DNA from: Ignavibacteriota bacterium
GTDB lineage: Bacteria > Bacteroidota > Ignavibacteria > UBA10030
DNA: 64,000 bases
Direction: 5' to 3'
Assembly: GCA_963701295.1 (NCBI GenBank)
Contig: OY969585.1
Location: forward strand, 672,001 to 736,000
Made by a program: the position numbers and the translations under genes. Below the pieces are notes generated by a model. It did no database searches, was not told where the DNA came from, and saw only the letters and a list, made by a program, of their open reading frames with translations. This document shows positions 31,613 through 41,768 of the stretch, in pieces (the stretch's first letter is position 1; each line of letters opens with the position of its first letter).

Positions 31613-32677
31613 ATGAATGAAAATCCGATGAACCTGAACGATGGCTTCACATGCCCGTTGCCGCTGATGGAGTACAAGAATGTTCTGCTGGCACACGGCG
31701 GCGGCGGCGAGCTCTCGCACCAGATGATCCAGAAAATATTTATATCGCAATTTAAGAACGATCTTTTCGATCCATTGCATGATGGTGCAATGTTCACTCT
31801 TGGCGGTACACGATGTGCTTTCTCGACCGACTCGTACGTCATTAATCCCATATTCTTTCCCGGCGGCGACATCGGTGCTCTTGCCGTCAATGGAACGGTG
31901 AATGATCTCGCTATGTGCGGCGCCCGCCCGCTGTACCTTTCCTGCGCTTTTATTATTGAAGAAGGATTGCCGATGGAAGATTTATGGCGCGTAGTGCTCT
32001 CGATGAAGCAGGCAGCGGAAACAGCCAGCGTACAACTCGTAACCGGCGATACGAAAGTCGTAGACCGCGGGAAGGGAGATAAACTGTTTATTAACACATC
32101 AGGTATTGGTATAATTCCGGATGGAGTTCAAATCAATCCGAAGCAAGCAAAACCGGGCGATAAGATCATTCTGAGCGGATCAATCGCTGAGCATGGTATT
32201 GCGATCATGTCGGTACGGGAAGGTTTGGAGTTTGAGACACAAATAGAAAGCGATTGTGCTCCATTGAACGGATTGGTAGAAACTATGCTTGCGGCCAGTA
32301 AGAATATTCACGTTTTACGCGACCCGACACGCGGCGGAGTTGCCTCTGTGCTGAATGAAATTTCTGAAAGTGCACAAGTTGGCATCGCTATAAGAGAAGA
32401 ACACATTCTTGTGAACGAAGAAGTTCGTGGCGCTTGTGAGATACTCGGTTTTGATCCACTTTACGTTGCCAACGAAGGGAAACTGATAGCATTCGTTTCT
32501 CCTGAGGCAGTCGATAATGTTTTAAAATCCATGCACGCTCATCCTCTTGGCAAAAAAGCAATGTTAATTGGTGAAGTTGTTGCCAACCATCCTGGTACTG
32601 TGATCATGAAAACACACATCGGCGGCTCGCGTGTCGTTGATATGCTTTCCGGCGAGCAGCTCCCGAGAATTTGTTAA
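31613..32677 (+). CDS. hypE: Hydrogenase maturation protein HypE
   Basis: LAHGGGG, FPGGDIG, VTGDTKVV, RDPTRGG, C-terminal PRIC. Confidence 0.97.
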   Translation: MNENPMNLNDGFTCPLPLMEYKNVLLAHGGGGELSHQMIQKIFISQFKNDLFDPLHDGAMFTLGGTRCAFSTDSYVINPIFFPGGDIGALAVNGTVNDLAMCGARPLYLSCAFIIEEGLPMEDLWRVVLSMKQAAETASVQLVTGDTKVVDRGKGDKLFINTSGIGIIPDGVQINPKQAKPGDKIILSGSIAEHGIAIMSVREGLEFETQIESDCAPLNGLVETMLAASKNIHVLRDPTRGGVASVLNEISESAQVGIAIREEHILVNEEVRGACEILGFDPLYVANEGKLIAFVSPEAVDNVLKSMHAHPLGKKAMLIGEVVANHPGTVIMKTHIGGSRVVDMLSGEQLPRIC

Positions 32678-32798
32678 TATAAACCATGTTCATCTTGTAA
32701 AATTCTTAAGTTGAAACCATTGAATATATCTACCCTTCGATAGAATTGTAAAATATCTTTTTTTCTTCAATGCAAAAATCTATAAGACTTGGTTCCTC

Positions 32799-34037
32799 TT
32801 ATTTCATCTTGGAAGCAATATCGCGCATGGCACTCTTAGGAAGCATAACACCAAGCATTTTCAATTTCACAAAATCTTCATGATAAAAATAATACCCCGG
32901 ATGAGAGTTGTTGCGCGACTCAGAGCCGGAATCTTTGATCAGGTACCAATCCTTTCCATCTTTTTCTAAGTACCCAACTAAGTGGATACCATGGTCATCC
33001 CCTGTCGTTCCATTTTTGAAACGAAAGATTCGGGATGATTCATCAATAAATTGTGGTGGAATATCGAATGTGGGTATAACGGCTATACCTGCATGGCCAT
33101 AAATACCCGGTTCAGAGACATCTCCACCGATAGCCATGGTATAACCTGCGCGAATTGCATTCTTTATTGCAGACATAAAATCACTCAATGGAACATTGAA
33201 GTACGCTTTGCTATGCCACCAGTTATCAGGAACATCATACTCCGTCCATTGATAATACGGCCGGTCGGCGAGTGAGACAAGCTCAATATATTCGTCAAGG
33301 TTGAGTTTCACTACTTTTTCAAGGTACTCTTGCGGCGTTATCTCCTTCCCATTGATGGAAATTTTTTCAGGCGGAGCACCGATGTAATTGTTGAGGATAG
33401 CTTTCACTACCCGCTCAACAGCTTCTACATCCCATGCGTTGGATGCTTTGACTGATTTCAAATATGCATCGAGTTCCGCGAACATTTTACTGTGATCATG
33501 GAACGGCTGACCGTTCAGCAAGCCTGAATAAGCAAACGCAGGAACAATCCCATGATTCTTCCATATTCGTATCACTGCACCGGACTCAGATCCTTCACCA
33601 AACTCCTGTTTTCCGCGTGCCAGGACATACCCGCGCGCTTTCTCTACATACTCCCAATAAACCGTATACAACTCAGACAATTTGATTTCTTGTTTATTCA
33701 ATCTAGAGATCTCAGACTCAAAGAATGAGGTTGTTGAAAAACACCAACACATCCCAGACACTGCTTGTGATATGGGCTTATTGCGCCAATATGACTTGAA
33801 CTCTTGTATCGAGTGAGGAGGATTGAATGCCTCGAAATCTACAGCGATTTCTTTCTTGCTGGTACTGTCCTTCTTGTAAAATGTATCGAGTGAAGTTTTG
33901 ATAGAATCGTAAAATTCATTCCTTTTCTCAATGAACACTACAGTATCACGGTGTATCGGTTGGGCAGACATTAAAATAATTGCTACTGTATTCCATAATA
34001 AAAAAAGACAAACACTTTTCTTCATAATATCCTCCAA
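32799..34037 (-). CDS. Secreted papain-clan (C1) cysteine peptidase, aminopeptidase C-like
   Basis: QAVSGMCWCFS, DDHGIHLVG, LIKDSG; signal peptide. Confidence 0.88.
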   Translation of the reverse strand: MEDIMKKSVCLFLLWNTVAIILMSAQPIHRDTVVFIEKRNEFYDSIKTSLDTFYKKDSTSKKEIAVDFEAFNPPHSIQEFKSYWRNKPISQAVSGMCWCFSTTSFFESEISRLNKQEIKLSELYTVYWEYVEKARGYVLARGKQEFGEGSESGAVIRIWKNHGIVPAFAYSGLLNGQPFHDHSKMFAELDAYLKSVKASNAWDVEAVERVVKAILNNYIGAPPEKISINGKEITPQEYLEKVVKLNLDEYIELVSLADRPYYQWTEYDVPDNWWHSKAYFNVPLSDFMSAIKNAIRAGYTMAIGGDVSEPGIYGHAGIAVIPTFDIPPQFIDESSRIFRFKNGTTGDDHGIHLVGYLEKDGKDWYLIKDSGSESRNNSHPGYYFYHEDFVKLKMLGVMLPKSAMRDIASKMK

Positions 34038-34044
34038 TATAGAA

Positions 34045-34578
34045 TCACACTACAAATGGAATAAACATTCGAGTTTTTTGCATATAAGCGATGTATGCTT
34101 CGCCAAATTTTCCTATCATTTCTTTTTCCTCCTCCTTCGCGGTAGCTATCAGCGCAACAATGTTGATGAAAGCAAAAAGAGCAGTGGTAATCGAAATGTC
34201 TTTTAGAAATATTCCTGTTCCTAAGAACAGAAGCGAAGCATACAGAGGATGACGAATAAAACGGTAAAGACCGACTGTCACAAGTTTTGATGTGTTCTCA
34301 AAATCGCCCTGCGGTTTGCCAATAACACGCAGAAGGAGAAAACCCAAGACAGCGAACACAATGGAAACAATTAAAAATATCCATGAGATGAGTTGGTTCC
34401 ATGCATGCGGCTCTTCGAACCAAACGGGCATATTGAGAAGTACCAGCAAAAGGATGCTTTCGAATGCAAAAAATCGCGGTATTCCGTGCGAGCGTTTTGC
34501 TTTGATCGAGAACTTCCAAGTGAAAATACTATTGGCGATAGTACCGATGATGAAGATGCCAATGGATGTAGTGCTCAC
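34045..34578 (-). CDS. Isoprenylcysteine carboxyl methyltransferase (ICMT/PEMT)-family membrane protein
   Basis: LVTVGLYRFIRHPLY, EE..M...FG..Y..Y.....MFIP; GTG start with GGAGG RBS. Confidence 0.88.
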   Translation of the reverse strand: MSTTSIGIFIIGTIANSIFTWKFSIKAKRSHGIPRFFAFESILLLVLLNMPVWFEEPHAWNQLISWIFLIVSIVFAVLGFLLLRVIGKPQGDFENTSKLVTVGLYRFIRHPLYASLLFLGTGIFLKDISITTALFAFINIVALIATAKEEEKEMIGKFGEAYIAYMQKTRMFIPFVV

Positions 34579-34617
34579 ACCTGCCTCCAGAAATTTACGA
34601 GATCAATCGACAGAATT

Positions 34618-36096
34618 TCATCTTCTTAGTTCTTGAATCAAGTTGCCGTGCTCGTCTAAAATATGCACAAGCAAAGACATCTCACCAGGCAATGAGTGTG
34701 TTGCACAAGCATTGCATGGATCATAAGCACGGAAAGCCATCTCGATCATATTTAAAAGTCCGTCATTCACTTTGCCGCCATGAATGAGTCCTTTTGCCGC
34801 CTTATCAACACCCATGGCAATCCGGGCGCCGTTGTGTGCAGTGGCAACGATGAGGTTCACCTTTGTAATCAATCCTTGTTCATCTGTCTCATAGTGATGG
34901 ATCAGTGTGCCGCGCGGCGCCTCAACAATACCGACACCGACTGTTGGTGTCTTCGTGGGAATCGTGCGAATATCTTTGCTCGTAATTTCAATATCATTCA
35001 CGAGTTCAACACATCTTTCTGCGGCCTGCAGCATTTCTACTACGCGTGCCCAGTGGTTGGCAAGTGTCATATGTACCGGTTTTCCGCCGAGAGTTTTGTA
35101 GAGCTCATCGAATGCCGTTTGAGCTTCGGCAGTCGTCATACCATCGGATGCATTGAGACGTGCCAACGGAGCGACAGAATACACACCACTCTCAGCTCCA
35201 TCGATAAATCCTTTCCATCCGATTTGTTTAAGGTACGGGAACTTCACATAACTCCACGGCTCAACCTGTTCTGCAATGTGATCGAGATATTGTTGAGGGA
35301 CAAATTTAAGAAATTCTTTTCCGTTCGGATCAACGACACGGACTTTTCCATCATAGAAGTTCACTTTATTGTTCTCATCTACTAAACCCATGTAGTACGT
35401 TTTATGAGTATAGGTATCAGATGTAATCATCTTAACATACGTATCGTTCTTCAAGACAATATTTTTGAAAACTTGCAATGTAAACCGCGCAAATTCGAGT
35501 CCATCATGAGCTACCTCTTTAAACTTTGGCAAATCTTCCGATGCAATTCCTTTTGCCACACCGCCCGGCAAGCCGAAGACGGGGTGAATCACTTTCCCGC
35601 CGAGATAGCTGATGAGTTCCCGTAATCGTCGCCGCATCGAGATTACTTTCTTTCCGACATCGACTCCAACTTTGCCAATCACACCGACGATATTGCGCAA
35701 TTCTTTCGGCGCATCCGGGCCAACGATGAAATCAGGGCCGCCGAGAATGTACACATGGAGTGCATGGTCTTCGAGCATAAAAAGATTGTAAATCAATTCG
35801 CGGATTTTCTTCGCCGCAGGAGGAGGACTAACTTTATAGAGATCATCTAACGCTTTCGTGCCTGCCATGTGATGAGCTGTCGGACAGACACCACAAATAC
35901 GACTGGTAATTTGTGGCATATCTTCGGCGGGTCGTCCTTTTGAGAATATCTCGAAACCACGCAACTCAGGAATCTGATAGTAGGCTTTCGTCACCTCGCC
36001 CTTGTCATCGAGAAAGATGTCGATCTTTCCATGACCTTCAAGGCGGGTGATCGGATCAATTGAAATATGTCGTATTGTCGTGGTAGCCGCTTCCAT
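34618..36096 (-). CDS. mvhA: [NiFe]-hydrogenase large subunit, group 3c (Hdr-linked)
   Basis: TRLEGH, ELRGFE, L1 RICGVC, EAPRG, L2 YDPCNACATH plus cleavable tail; adjacent mvhG, mvhD and hdr genes. Confidence 0.9.
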   Translation of the reverse strand: MEAATTTIRHISIDPITRLEGHGKIDIFLDDKGEVTKAYYQIPELRGFEIFSKGRPAEDMPQITSRICGVCPTAHHMAGTKALDDLYKVSPPPAAKKIRELIYNLFMLEDHALHVYILGGPDFIVGPDAPKELRNIVGVIGKVGVDVGKKVISMRRRLRELISYLGGKVIHPVFGLPGGVAKGIASEDLPKFKEVAHDGLEFARFTLQVFKNIVLKNDTYVKMITSDTYTHKTYYMGLVDENNKVNFYDGKVRVVDPNGKEFLKFVPQQYLDHIAEQVEPWSYVKFPYLKQIGWKGFIDGAESGVYSVAPLARLNASDGMTTAEAQTAFDELYKTLGGKPVHMTLANHWARVVEMLQAAERCVELVNDIEITSKDIRTIPTKTPTVGVGIVEAPRGTLIHHYETDEQGLITKVNLIVATAHNGARIAMGVDKAAKGLIHGGKVNDGLLNMIEMAFRAYDPCNACATHSLPGEMSLLVHILDEHGNLIQELRR

Positions 36097-36111
36097 AGTT
36101 ATTCCTTGATT

Positions 36112-37089
36112 TCAAGCCGTGCTATTAAAATTTTTTCTTCTTAAGAGTGAGATCGGTAAACCATATCGATAGAATGTACCAACAGGGTCGGGGATAGTTG
36201 CCAACGTCTCATCGATACCTTTTACATCTTTTGCTTCGACTTGTGAAGCGAGAGCGGAGAGAATCTTTGCACCTTGGTCTTTTATTCGAGATGGAGGTCC
36301 GAAACAGCCTGTGCATGGCATATTCCCTGAAATACAAACACCTTCGCAACCGCCGCGTGTTGCAGGTCCCATACAAATAACACCTTGAGCCAACAAGCAC
36401 GTCTTCGGATCAACTTGTGTCCAATGCGGGCGTTTAAACTCCGTAAATTTTAAATCGCTCGGTTTCGAATCTTTCTTCGGGCATTCATCGCAAAGTGCAA
36501 TATCCGGAGCGAGAACAGCTCCTTTCTCCGGTAATTTGCCAGAAAGGAGTACTTCAAGCGCTTGCTTCAGTAATTTCGAAGTTGGCGGACAACCGGGTAA
36601 ATAATAATCGACATCAATCACTTGGTCCAGCGCACGAACGACATTAAAGAAATTGGGAAGCGTGACGGCATTTCCGCTTGTGATAACTTTCAGTTCCGGT
36701 TGTGTCTTTTCCGGATTTATCGTCGACGGAGATTCTTCATATACATACCTGAGTATTTCCTCTCGCTCGAATTGGTTGGCAAGCCCGGGAATGCCACCGG
36801 TGTGTGCACAGGAGCCATACGCAATAATAAGTTTGCTCTTTTTCCGCATGAGCTTTGCCATCTCTTCCTGTTCTGAAGTTCGAATCGCTCCGTTCACCAA
36901 AGAGACAAGAATAGAACCATCTGCCATAGCTTCGACATCTTTTTTCTTGAAGTCCATCGCAACAGGCCACATAACAATATCTACCGCAGCCACCACATCA
37001 AGAATACTCTCGGCGAGATCGACAACCGATTCTTCACAGCCCCCGCAGGAGGCACACCAATAGAAAGCAACTTTAGGTTTATCCGGCAT
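36112..37089 (-). CDS. mvhG: [NiFe]-hydrogenase small subunit MvhG
   Basis: YWCASCGGC, GSCA..GGIP, PGCPP, CMGP.T..GC...C......CTGC; start moved to MPDKPK. Confidence 0.9.
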   Translation of the reverse strand: MPDKPKVAFYWCASCGGCEESVVDLAESILDVVAAVDIVMWPVAMDFKKKDVEAMADGSILVSLVNGAIRTSEQEEMAKLMRKKSKLIIAYGSCAHTGGIPGLANQFEREEILRYVYEESPSTINPEKTQPELKVITSGNAVTLPNFFNVVRALDQVIDVDYYLPGCPPTSKLLKQALEVLLSGKLPEKGAVLAPDIALCDECPKKDSKPSDLKFTEFKRPHWTQVDPKTCLLAQGVICMGPATRGGCEGVCISGNMPCTGCFGPPSRIKDQGAKILSALASQVEAKDVKGIDETLATIPDPVGTFYRYGLPISLLRRKNFNSTA

Positions 37090-37600
37090 GGACTGTCTCC
37101 CCCTTTCCGTTGATTTCATGTTCAAGCGATTCCAGCTCCTTATCCCATTCTGCAAACTTCTTCGGCAGTCCCAGAGGGCCAAGTGCACGCACTTGTTCTG
37201 TCATCTCATTGATAACGATCTTGACTCGTTCACCTTCGGATGCAGATATCCATTCGAGACGAAATCTTTTTTCTTCGATTCCCATGTCTTTCATCATCCG
37301 TTTGAGCAGCTGCATACGCCGGAGCGCTTTGTAGTTGCCTTCCATATAATGGCAATCGCCCGGATGGCAGCCGCCAATGAGAACACCGTCGGCTCCTTTG
37401 GAAAAAGCATCAAGAATGAATTGTGGATCAACGCGCCCGGAGCACATCACGCGAATAATACGCGCATTTGGTGCATGATGAAGACGCGAGACACCAGCGA
37501 GATCGGCGGCGGTGTATGTACACCAGTTACAAAAAAACGCAATAATACGCGGTTCCCAGCCATTGGTGCGTGTTGGTTGTTCAATTATTGATACCATCAT
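37079..37600 (-). CDS. mvhD: [2Fe-2S] hydrogenase subunit MvhD
   Basis: FCNWCTY.AADLAG, MCSGRVD, GCHPGDCHY, WISASEG; start moved to ATG with GGAGAA RBS. Confidence 0.95.
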   Translation of the reverse strand: MMVSIIEQPTRTNGWEPRIIAFFCNWCTYTAADLAGVSRLHHAPNARIIRVMCSGRVDPQFILDAFSKGADGVLIGGCHPGDCHYMEGNYKALRRMQLLKRMMKDMGIEEKRFRLEWISASEGERVKIVINEMTEQVRALGPLGLPKKFAEWDKELESLEHEINGKGETVHAG

Positions 37601-37620
37601 TTCTTCTCCAAGTTCATCTT

Positions 37621-39633
37621 TCAGCAACACGCTGGTGATTCTGTCTTCAACAAGCCGTCGATCTCACTGAAGATCATTTCATCTTCGAATAAATTCTGCT
37701 TGATAGCACCGGACGGACACGCCGCCACACATGTACCACACCCTTTACAGAGCGCTTCGTTGATAAATGCTTTCTGCTTTACCTCGTCGCGCGAGATCGC
37801 GTTGTATGGACAGATCGTCAAACACGTGCGGCAGCCCGAGCATTCCTCCTGAACAACGTAAGCGGTGTTCGGTTCAAGTTCAATTTCTCCGCTGTCGATG
37901 AGAACGAGCGCTTGAGCAGCAGCAGCACCGGCTTGCGCAACGCTATCTGGTATGTCTTTCGGTCCCTGACATGCTCCCGCAATAAAGATGCCGTCAGTGA
38001 ATGTATCCACAGGAGCGAGTTTGGGATGTCGTTCAAGAAAGAATCCTTCTGTGGAACACGAGATATTAAACATCCGCCGCACATCCTGTGAATCCGCCTG
38101 AGGCTCCATGCCAACAGCCAGCACAACCATGTCCACCGGCACACGACGCACAATACCGATCAGCGTATCCTCAGCGCGGATGATAAGCTTTCCTTCTTCC
38201 GATGGACGCACCGCCCAGTCGGACACTTCCGCTACACGCCCGCGAATAAAATGAACATTTTCATCGAGAAGTTTATCGTAAAATTCTTCGTATGATTTTC
38301 CTGCCGCACGAATGTCGATATAGAAATTGTAGACTTCTGCGTCAGTATGTTCCTTCAACAGATGTGCAAGCTTGAGTGAATACATACAACAGGTACGCGA
38401 GCACCAGCGGTTGGTGTTTTTATCCCGCGATCCAACGCAGTGAATGATGCCGACTGTTTTCGGATGGCGGCCATCCCGAAGAATCAATTCGCCACCCGTG
38501 GGACCGGATGCATTGACAAGTCGTTCCACCTCCAGCGATGTATACACGTTGGGATATTTTCCGTAACCATAAAAGGGAACTCGGACTGCATCGAATGTTT
38601 GATATCCAGTAGTAAGAATGATGGTGCCGACTTCAATTTCTTTGATTTCTTCTTTCTGCTTAAAATCGATAGCTTTTCGATCGCATACTTCGACGCAGGT
38701 CTTTTTACATCGCCCTGATTTAAACTCAATGCATGTTTCTCGATCAATCACAACAATTTGCGGAGTTGCTTGCGGGAATGGGATGTAAATCGGTTTCCGC
38801 TTGCTCAGTCCCACATTGAATTCGTCCGGTGTCTTGCCCTCTTTATAAACGCACTTCTCTATGCAATCCATACAACCGACACATAATTCCTCGTTAATAT
38901 AGCGCGGTTTTCGTCGGACAGAAATTTTGTAATTGCCGACATAACCATCTACTTTTGCAACTTCAGAATATGTCCATAGTGTGATATTGGGATGATTTTT
39001 CACTTGTGACATTTTCGGCGTAAGAATACACGCAGCACAATCAAGTGTTGGAAATGTTTTATCGAACATCGCCATGTGTCCGCCGATTGTCGGATCTCTT
39101 TCCACGAGATAGACTTTCTTTCCAGCGTTCGCAATTGTAAGGGCGGCATGAATTCCCGCAATACCACCACCAACAATAAGTACATCCGGATGAATTTTTA
39201 CATGTTTTGTTTCAAGCGATTTATGGTGAAACACACGCTGTACTGCTGCGCGAGCAAGATCTTTTGCTTTTTCCGTTGCTGCTTTTATATCGGTGTGCAC
39301 CCATGAAACATTCTCGCGTATGTTCACCATCTGGAAATAATAGGGATTCAGCCCGCCCTTTTCCACGGCCGTACGAAAAGTATGTTCATGGAGTAGAGGG
39401 GAACATGATGCCACAATGATTCGATTCAGAGAATGTTCCTGAATATCTTTTTGAATCAATTCCTGTCCCGGATCTGAGCACATATATTTGTACTCATATG
39501 AAATAACCACGCCGTGCATCGTCTTCACATACTCAGCAACCGCTTTCACATCCACGACGCTGGCGATGTTATGTCCGCAGTGACAGATATAGAATCCAAT
39601 ACGGACTGTTCCATTATGTCCATTACCATGCAT
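37621..39633 (-). CDS. hdrA: Heterodisulfide reductase subunit A (FAD, Fe-S)
   Basis: CHCG.NIA, ASCSP, GGGIAG, DKTFPTLDCAACI, CVGSRD...CSRTCC, QGPKDIPDS, ferredoxin inserts. Confidence 0.96.
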   Translation of the reverse strand: MHGNGHNGTVRIGFYICHCGHNIASVVDVKAVAEYVKTMHGVVISYEYKYMCSDPGQELIQKDIQEHSLNRIIVASCSPLLHEHTFRTAVEKGGLNPYYFQMVNIRENVSWVHTDIKAATEKAKDLARAAVQRVFHHKSLETKHVKIHPDVLIVGGGIAGIHAALTIANAGKKVYLVERDPTIGGHMAMFDKTFPTLDCAACILTPKMSQVKNHPNITLWTYSEVAKVDGYVGNYKISVRRKPRYINEELCVGCMDCIEKCVYKEGKTPDEFNVGLSKRKPIYIPFPQATPQIVVIDRETCIEFKSGRCKKTCVEVCDRKAIDFKQKEEIKEIEVGTIILTTGYQTFDAVRVPFYGYGKYPNVYTSLEVERLVNASGPTGGELILRDGRHPKTVGIIHCVGSRDKNTNRWCSRTCCMYSLKLAHLLKEHTDAEVYNFYIDIRAAGKSYEEFYDKLLDENVHFIRGRVAEVSDWAVRPSEEGKLIIRAEDTLIGIVRRVPVDMVVLAVGMEPQADSQDVRRMFNISCSTEGFFLERHPKLAPVDTFTDGIFIAGACQGPKDIPDSVAQAGAAAAQALVLIDSGEIELEPNTAYVVQEECSGCRTCLTICPYNAISRDEVKQKAFINEALCKGCGTCVAACPSGAIKQNLFEDEMIFSEIDGLLKTESPACC

Positions 39634-40525
39634 TGACCATCTCTCCTTTTGGATGCGTGATTTGTTTCAGCGAAGGCATTTTAAAGAGCCGCTGCATCCC
39701 AAGTTCCTTTTCCGATAAACCAAGCGCTACACCCATCAATTGAGTGAAAAATGCGACCGGCATATTAATCTTTTCCTCAAATTTACGATTGATTCGCTCT
39801 TGATAACACTCGAGGTTGTGCTGGCATAACGGGCAGCACGTGAGCATGATGTCTGCCTCTCGTTTTTCCGCTTCTTTGAGAAGCAGACGATTCAATCGCA
39901 AACCAGCCTCTTGAATTGTTCCCGTCAAACTCCCTCCACAGCACCGTGTCTTCAATGGCCAGTCCACCGGCTCTGCACCGAGAGCTTTCACCAACCTGTC
40001 CATCGTCTCAGGATAATGGGAGTGATCGAATGTCTTAAATGGGCGAACGACTTGGCATCCATAATAACTCGCTACTTTCAATCCTTTCAATGGATATTTG
40101 ACACGTTTCGCGATGTTCTCCAGTCCGTAATCGTTCACAAAAACATCAAGAGGATGACGCACATTCACGCGGCCATGGTAATGAAGTCCCGCTTTATCTA
40201 GCGTTGAATTGACCTTCTCACTGACATCCGGATAGTTTTCGAGATAACGCTCGGTTTTTAAAAGAACGAGGAAGCATGCACTGCATGGTGCAATGAGATT
40301 GATTGTACCCTCTGAGGATTGCAACTCGGCAAGGGCAAGATTACGTGCTGCGAGAGCAAATGCGTCTGTCTCATCAATGGAAACGTAGGATGTTGCACCG
40401 CAGCAATTCCAATCATTGAGTTCTTCAAAAGGGATATCCAACGCTTTCAAAACGGAGAGGAGCGATTCTTCGTAAGCACGACCGGTGCTGCGTAATGAAC
40501 ATCCCGGATAATAAAGATATTTCAT
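39623..40525 (-). CDS. hdrB: Heterodisulfide reductase subunit B
   Basis: YYPGC, WNCCG, PCSAC, YYGC, CCGG, CPLC (two CCG domains); start moved to MKYLYY. Confidence 0.94.
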   Translation of the reverse strand: MKYLYYPGCSLRSTGRAYEESLLSVLKALDIPFEELNDWNCCGATSYVSIDETDAFALAARNLALAELQSSEGTINLIAPCSACFLVLLKTERYLENYPDVSEKVNSTLDKAGLHYHGRVNVRHPLDVFVNDYGLENIAKRVKYPLKGLKVASYYGCQVVRPFKTFDHSHYPETMDRLVKALGAEPVDWPLKTRCCGGSLTGTIQEAGLRLNRLLLKEAEKREADIMLTCCPLCQHNLECYQERINRKFEEKINMPVAFFTQLMGVALGLSEKELGMQRLFKMPSLKQITHPKGEMVNAW

Positions 40526-41166
40526 AACGGCGCCTCTTCTTTCCTGTGTGCTAGTATTGTGTGGAGTTGATCGCGGCGCTTCACGCGTTCCCTGCCGATG
40601 GTGAGACGACCGCGGAGAAAGAGTTTGAGACCAAGGATTGCTTCTTTCAGCATAATAAAAGGATTCGTTCGCAAATACAGACTGACGAGCAGCCAGCTTT
40701 CTGTGTTGCGCCCATCTTTGAGCACACGTTTGTAAAATTCTTGTGCAAGAATGGGAATGGGCAGCCGCTTTGGGTGGAAACCCATTTGAATCGCTTCGCG
40801 CTTGAGCGTGTACATAACATCCGTAATATGAATTTGCCGCGGACATTGGACATAACACGAATAGCATGATGCACAGAGCCAGATCGTAAGCGAATTGAGA
40901 ACTTCTTCCTTGAAACCCTCACGAGTCATCGCAATGATTTTCCGGGGTGTGTAATCCATGTAATGTGCCAGTGGACACGTTGCACTGCATGTACCGCATT
41001 GAATACAGCTTAACAACTTCTGACCGTACGCCCTATCGGCAACACGCTCACCGAAATTGAGATCAAGCTCCGATTCAAACTTGATCCGCCGAATGACACG
41101 CTTCATCTTCTCGATTTTGTGCGGCTCTTCTTCTGAGTGAACCGATGTTGGGGTGGGAAGTCGCAT
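40522..41166 (-). CDS. hdrC: Heterodisulfide reductase subunit C
   Basis: CIQCGTCSATCP and IWLCASCYSCYVQCP; GGAGG RBS. Confidence 0.93.
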   Translation of the reverse strand: MRLPTPTSVHSEEEPHKIEKMKRVIRRIKFESELDLNFGERVADRAYGQKLLSCIQCGTCSATCPLAHYMDYTPRKIIAMTREGFKEEVLNSLTIWLCASCYSCYVQCPRQIHITDVMYTLKREAIQMGFHPKRLPIPILAQEFYKRVLKDGRNTESWLLVSLYLRTNPFIMLKEAILGLKLFLRGRLTIGRERVKRRDQLHTILAHRKEEAPL

Positions 41167-41258
41167 TCATTCCTCCTTCATTAATTAAAAAATCTTGCTC
41201 GTACTACCTCTTATACAATTCAATGCACTGCAACGCTAGGCAAGAGATCGTCGCTCGT

Positions 41259-41768
41259 TTATTGAGTTACTCCTTCGGCATCTGTGACAATTTGTTTGAC
41301 CACCTGCTTCGCAGCCTTCTGTACATTAGTTGAGATTGTTGTTCCTGCAGCGAAATTCTTCCCCTCAATCCCGTAGACGATTAACTTCGAAGGCAGGACA
41401 TTCATCGTACGTGCTAGTTCGATTGCTTCCGCAACACTGAATGCATGTGTTGAATAATGAAAGAACTTTATTGGTACTGTTCCTTTATTAGCCTCTATTC
41501 TAAAAATAGTACCCGGCAGCGCGCCAGATGAAACTGCGTCCACTATCATAACATTCTGAAATCCTTGCCAGGATTCCATTAAGGCGGCGCCTTCGCCGGA
41601 TTCTTCCTTTACAATAACAGATGGATGTTGTTTCTCTTTAATCGCGCGCGCTACCATTAATCCAATGCCGTCATCACTGCGATATTCATTGCCAACTCCA
41701 ACGAGAAGAATCTTCCGAAGATTATTTTCGATTAAGTTCTTAGAACCTTCGGAAGGTTTCTCGACCAT
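41259..41768 (-). CDS. Hydrogenase maturation endopeptidase
   Basis: GVGNEYRSDDGIG, IVDA, STH motifs. Confidence 0.93.
   Translation of the reverse strand: MVEKPSEGSKNLIENNLRKILLVGVGNEYRSDDGIGLMVARAIKEKQHPSVIVKEESGEGAALMESWQGFQNVMIVDAVSSGALPGTIFRIEANKGTVPIKFFHYSTHAFSVAEAIELARTMNVLPSKLIVYGIEGKNFAAGTTISTNVQKAAKQVVKQIVTDAEGVTQ

Noticed and set aside
40526-40867. Long N-terminal extensions given by the ORF track for hdrB (also mvhG, mvhD, hyhL, DUF3078, paaK)
   Set aside because: Most overlap the upstream gene; downstream starts match the family N-termini or RBS positions better
34618-41166. Selenocysteine recoding in Mvh/Hdr subunits
   Set aside because: All motif positions are Cys and the frames have no internal TGA
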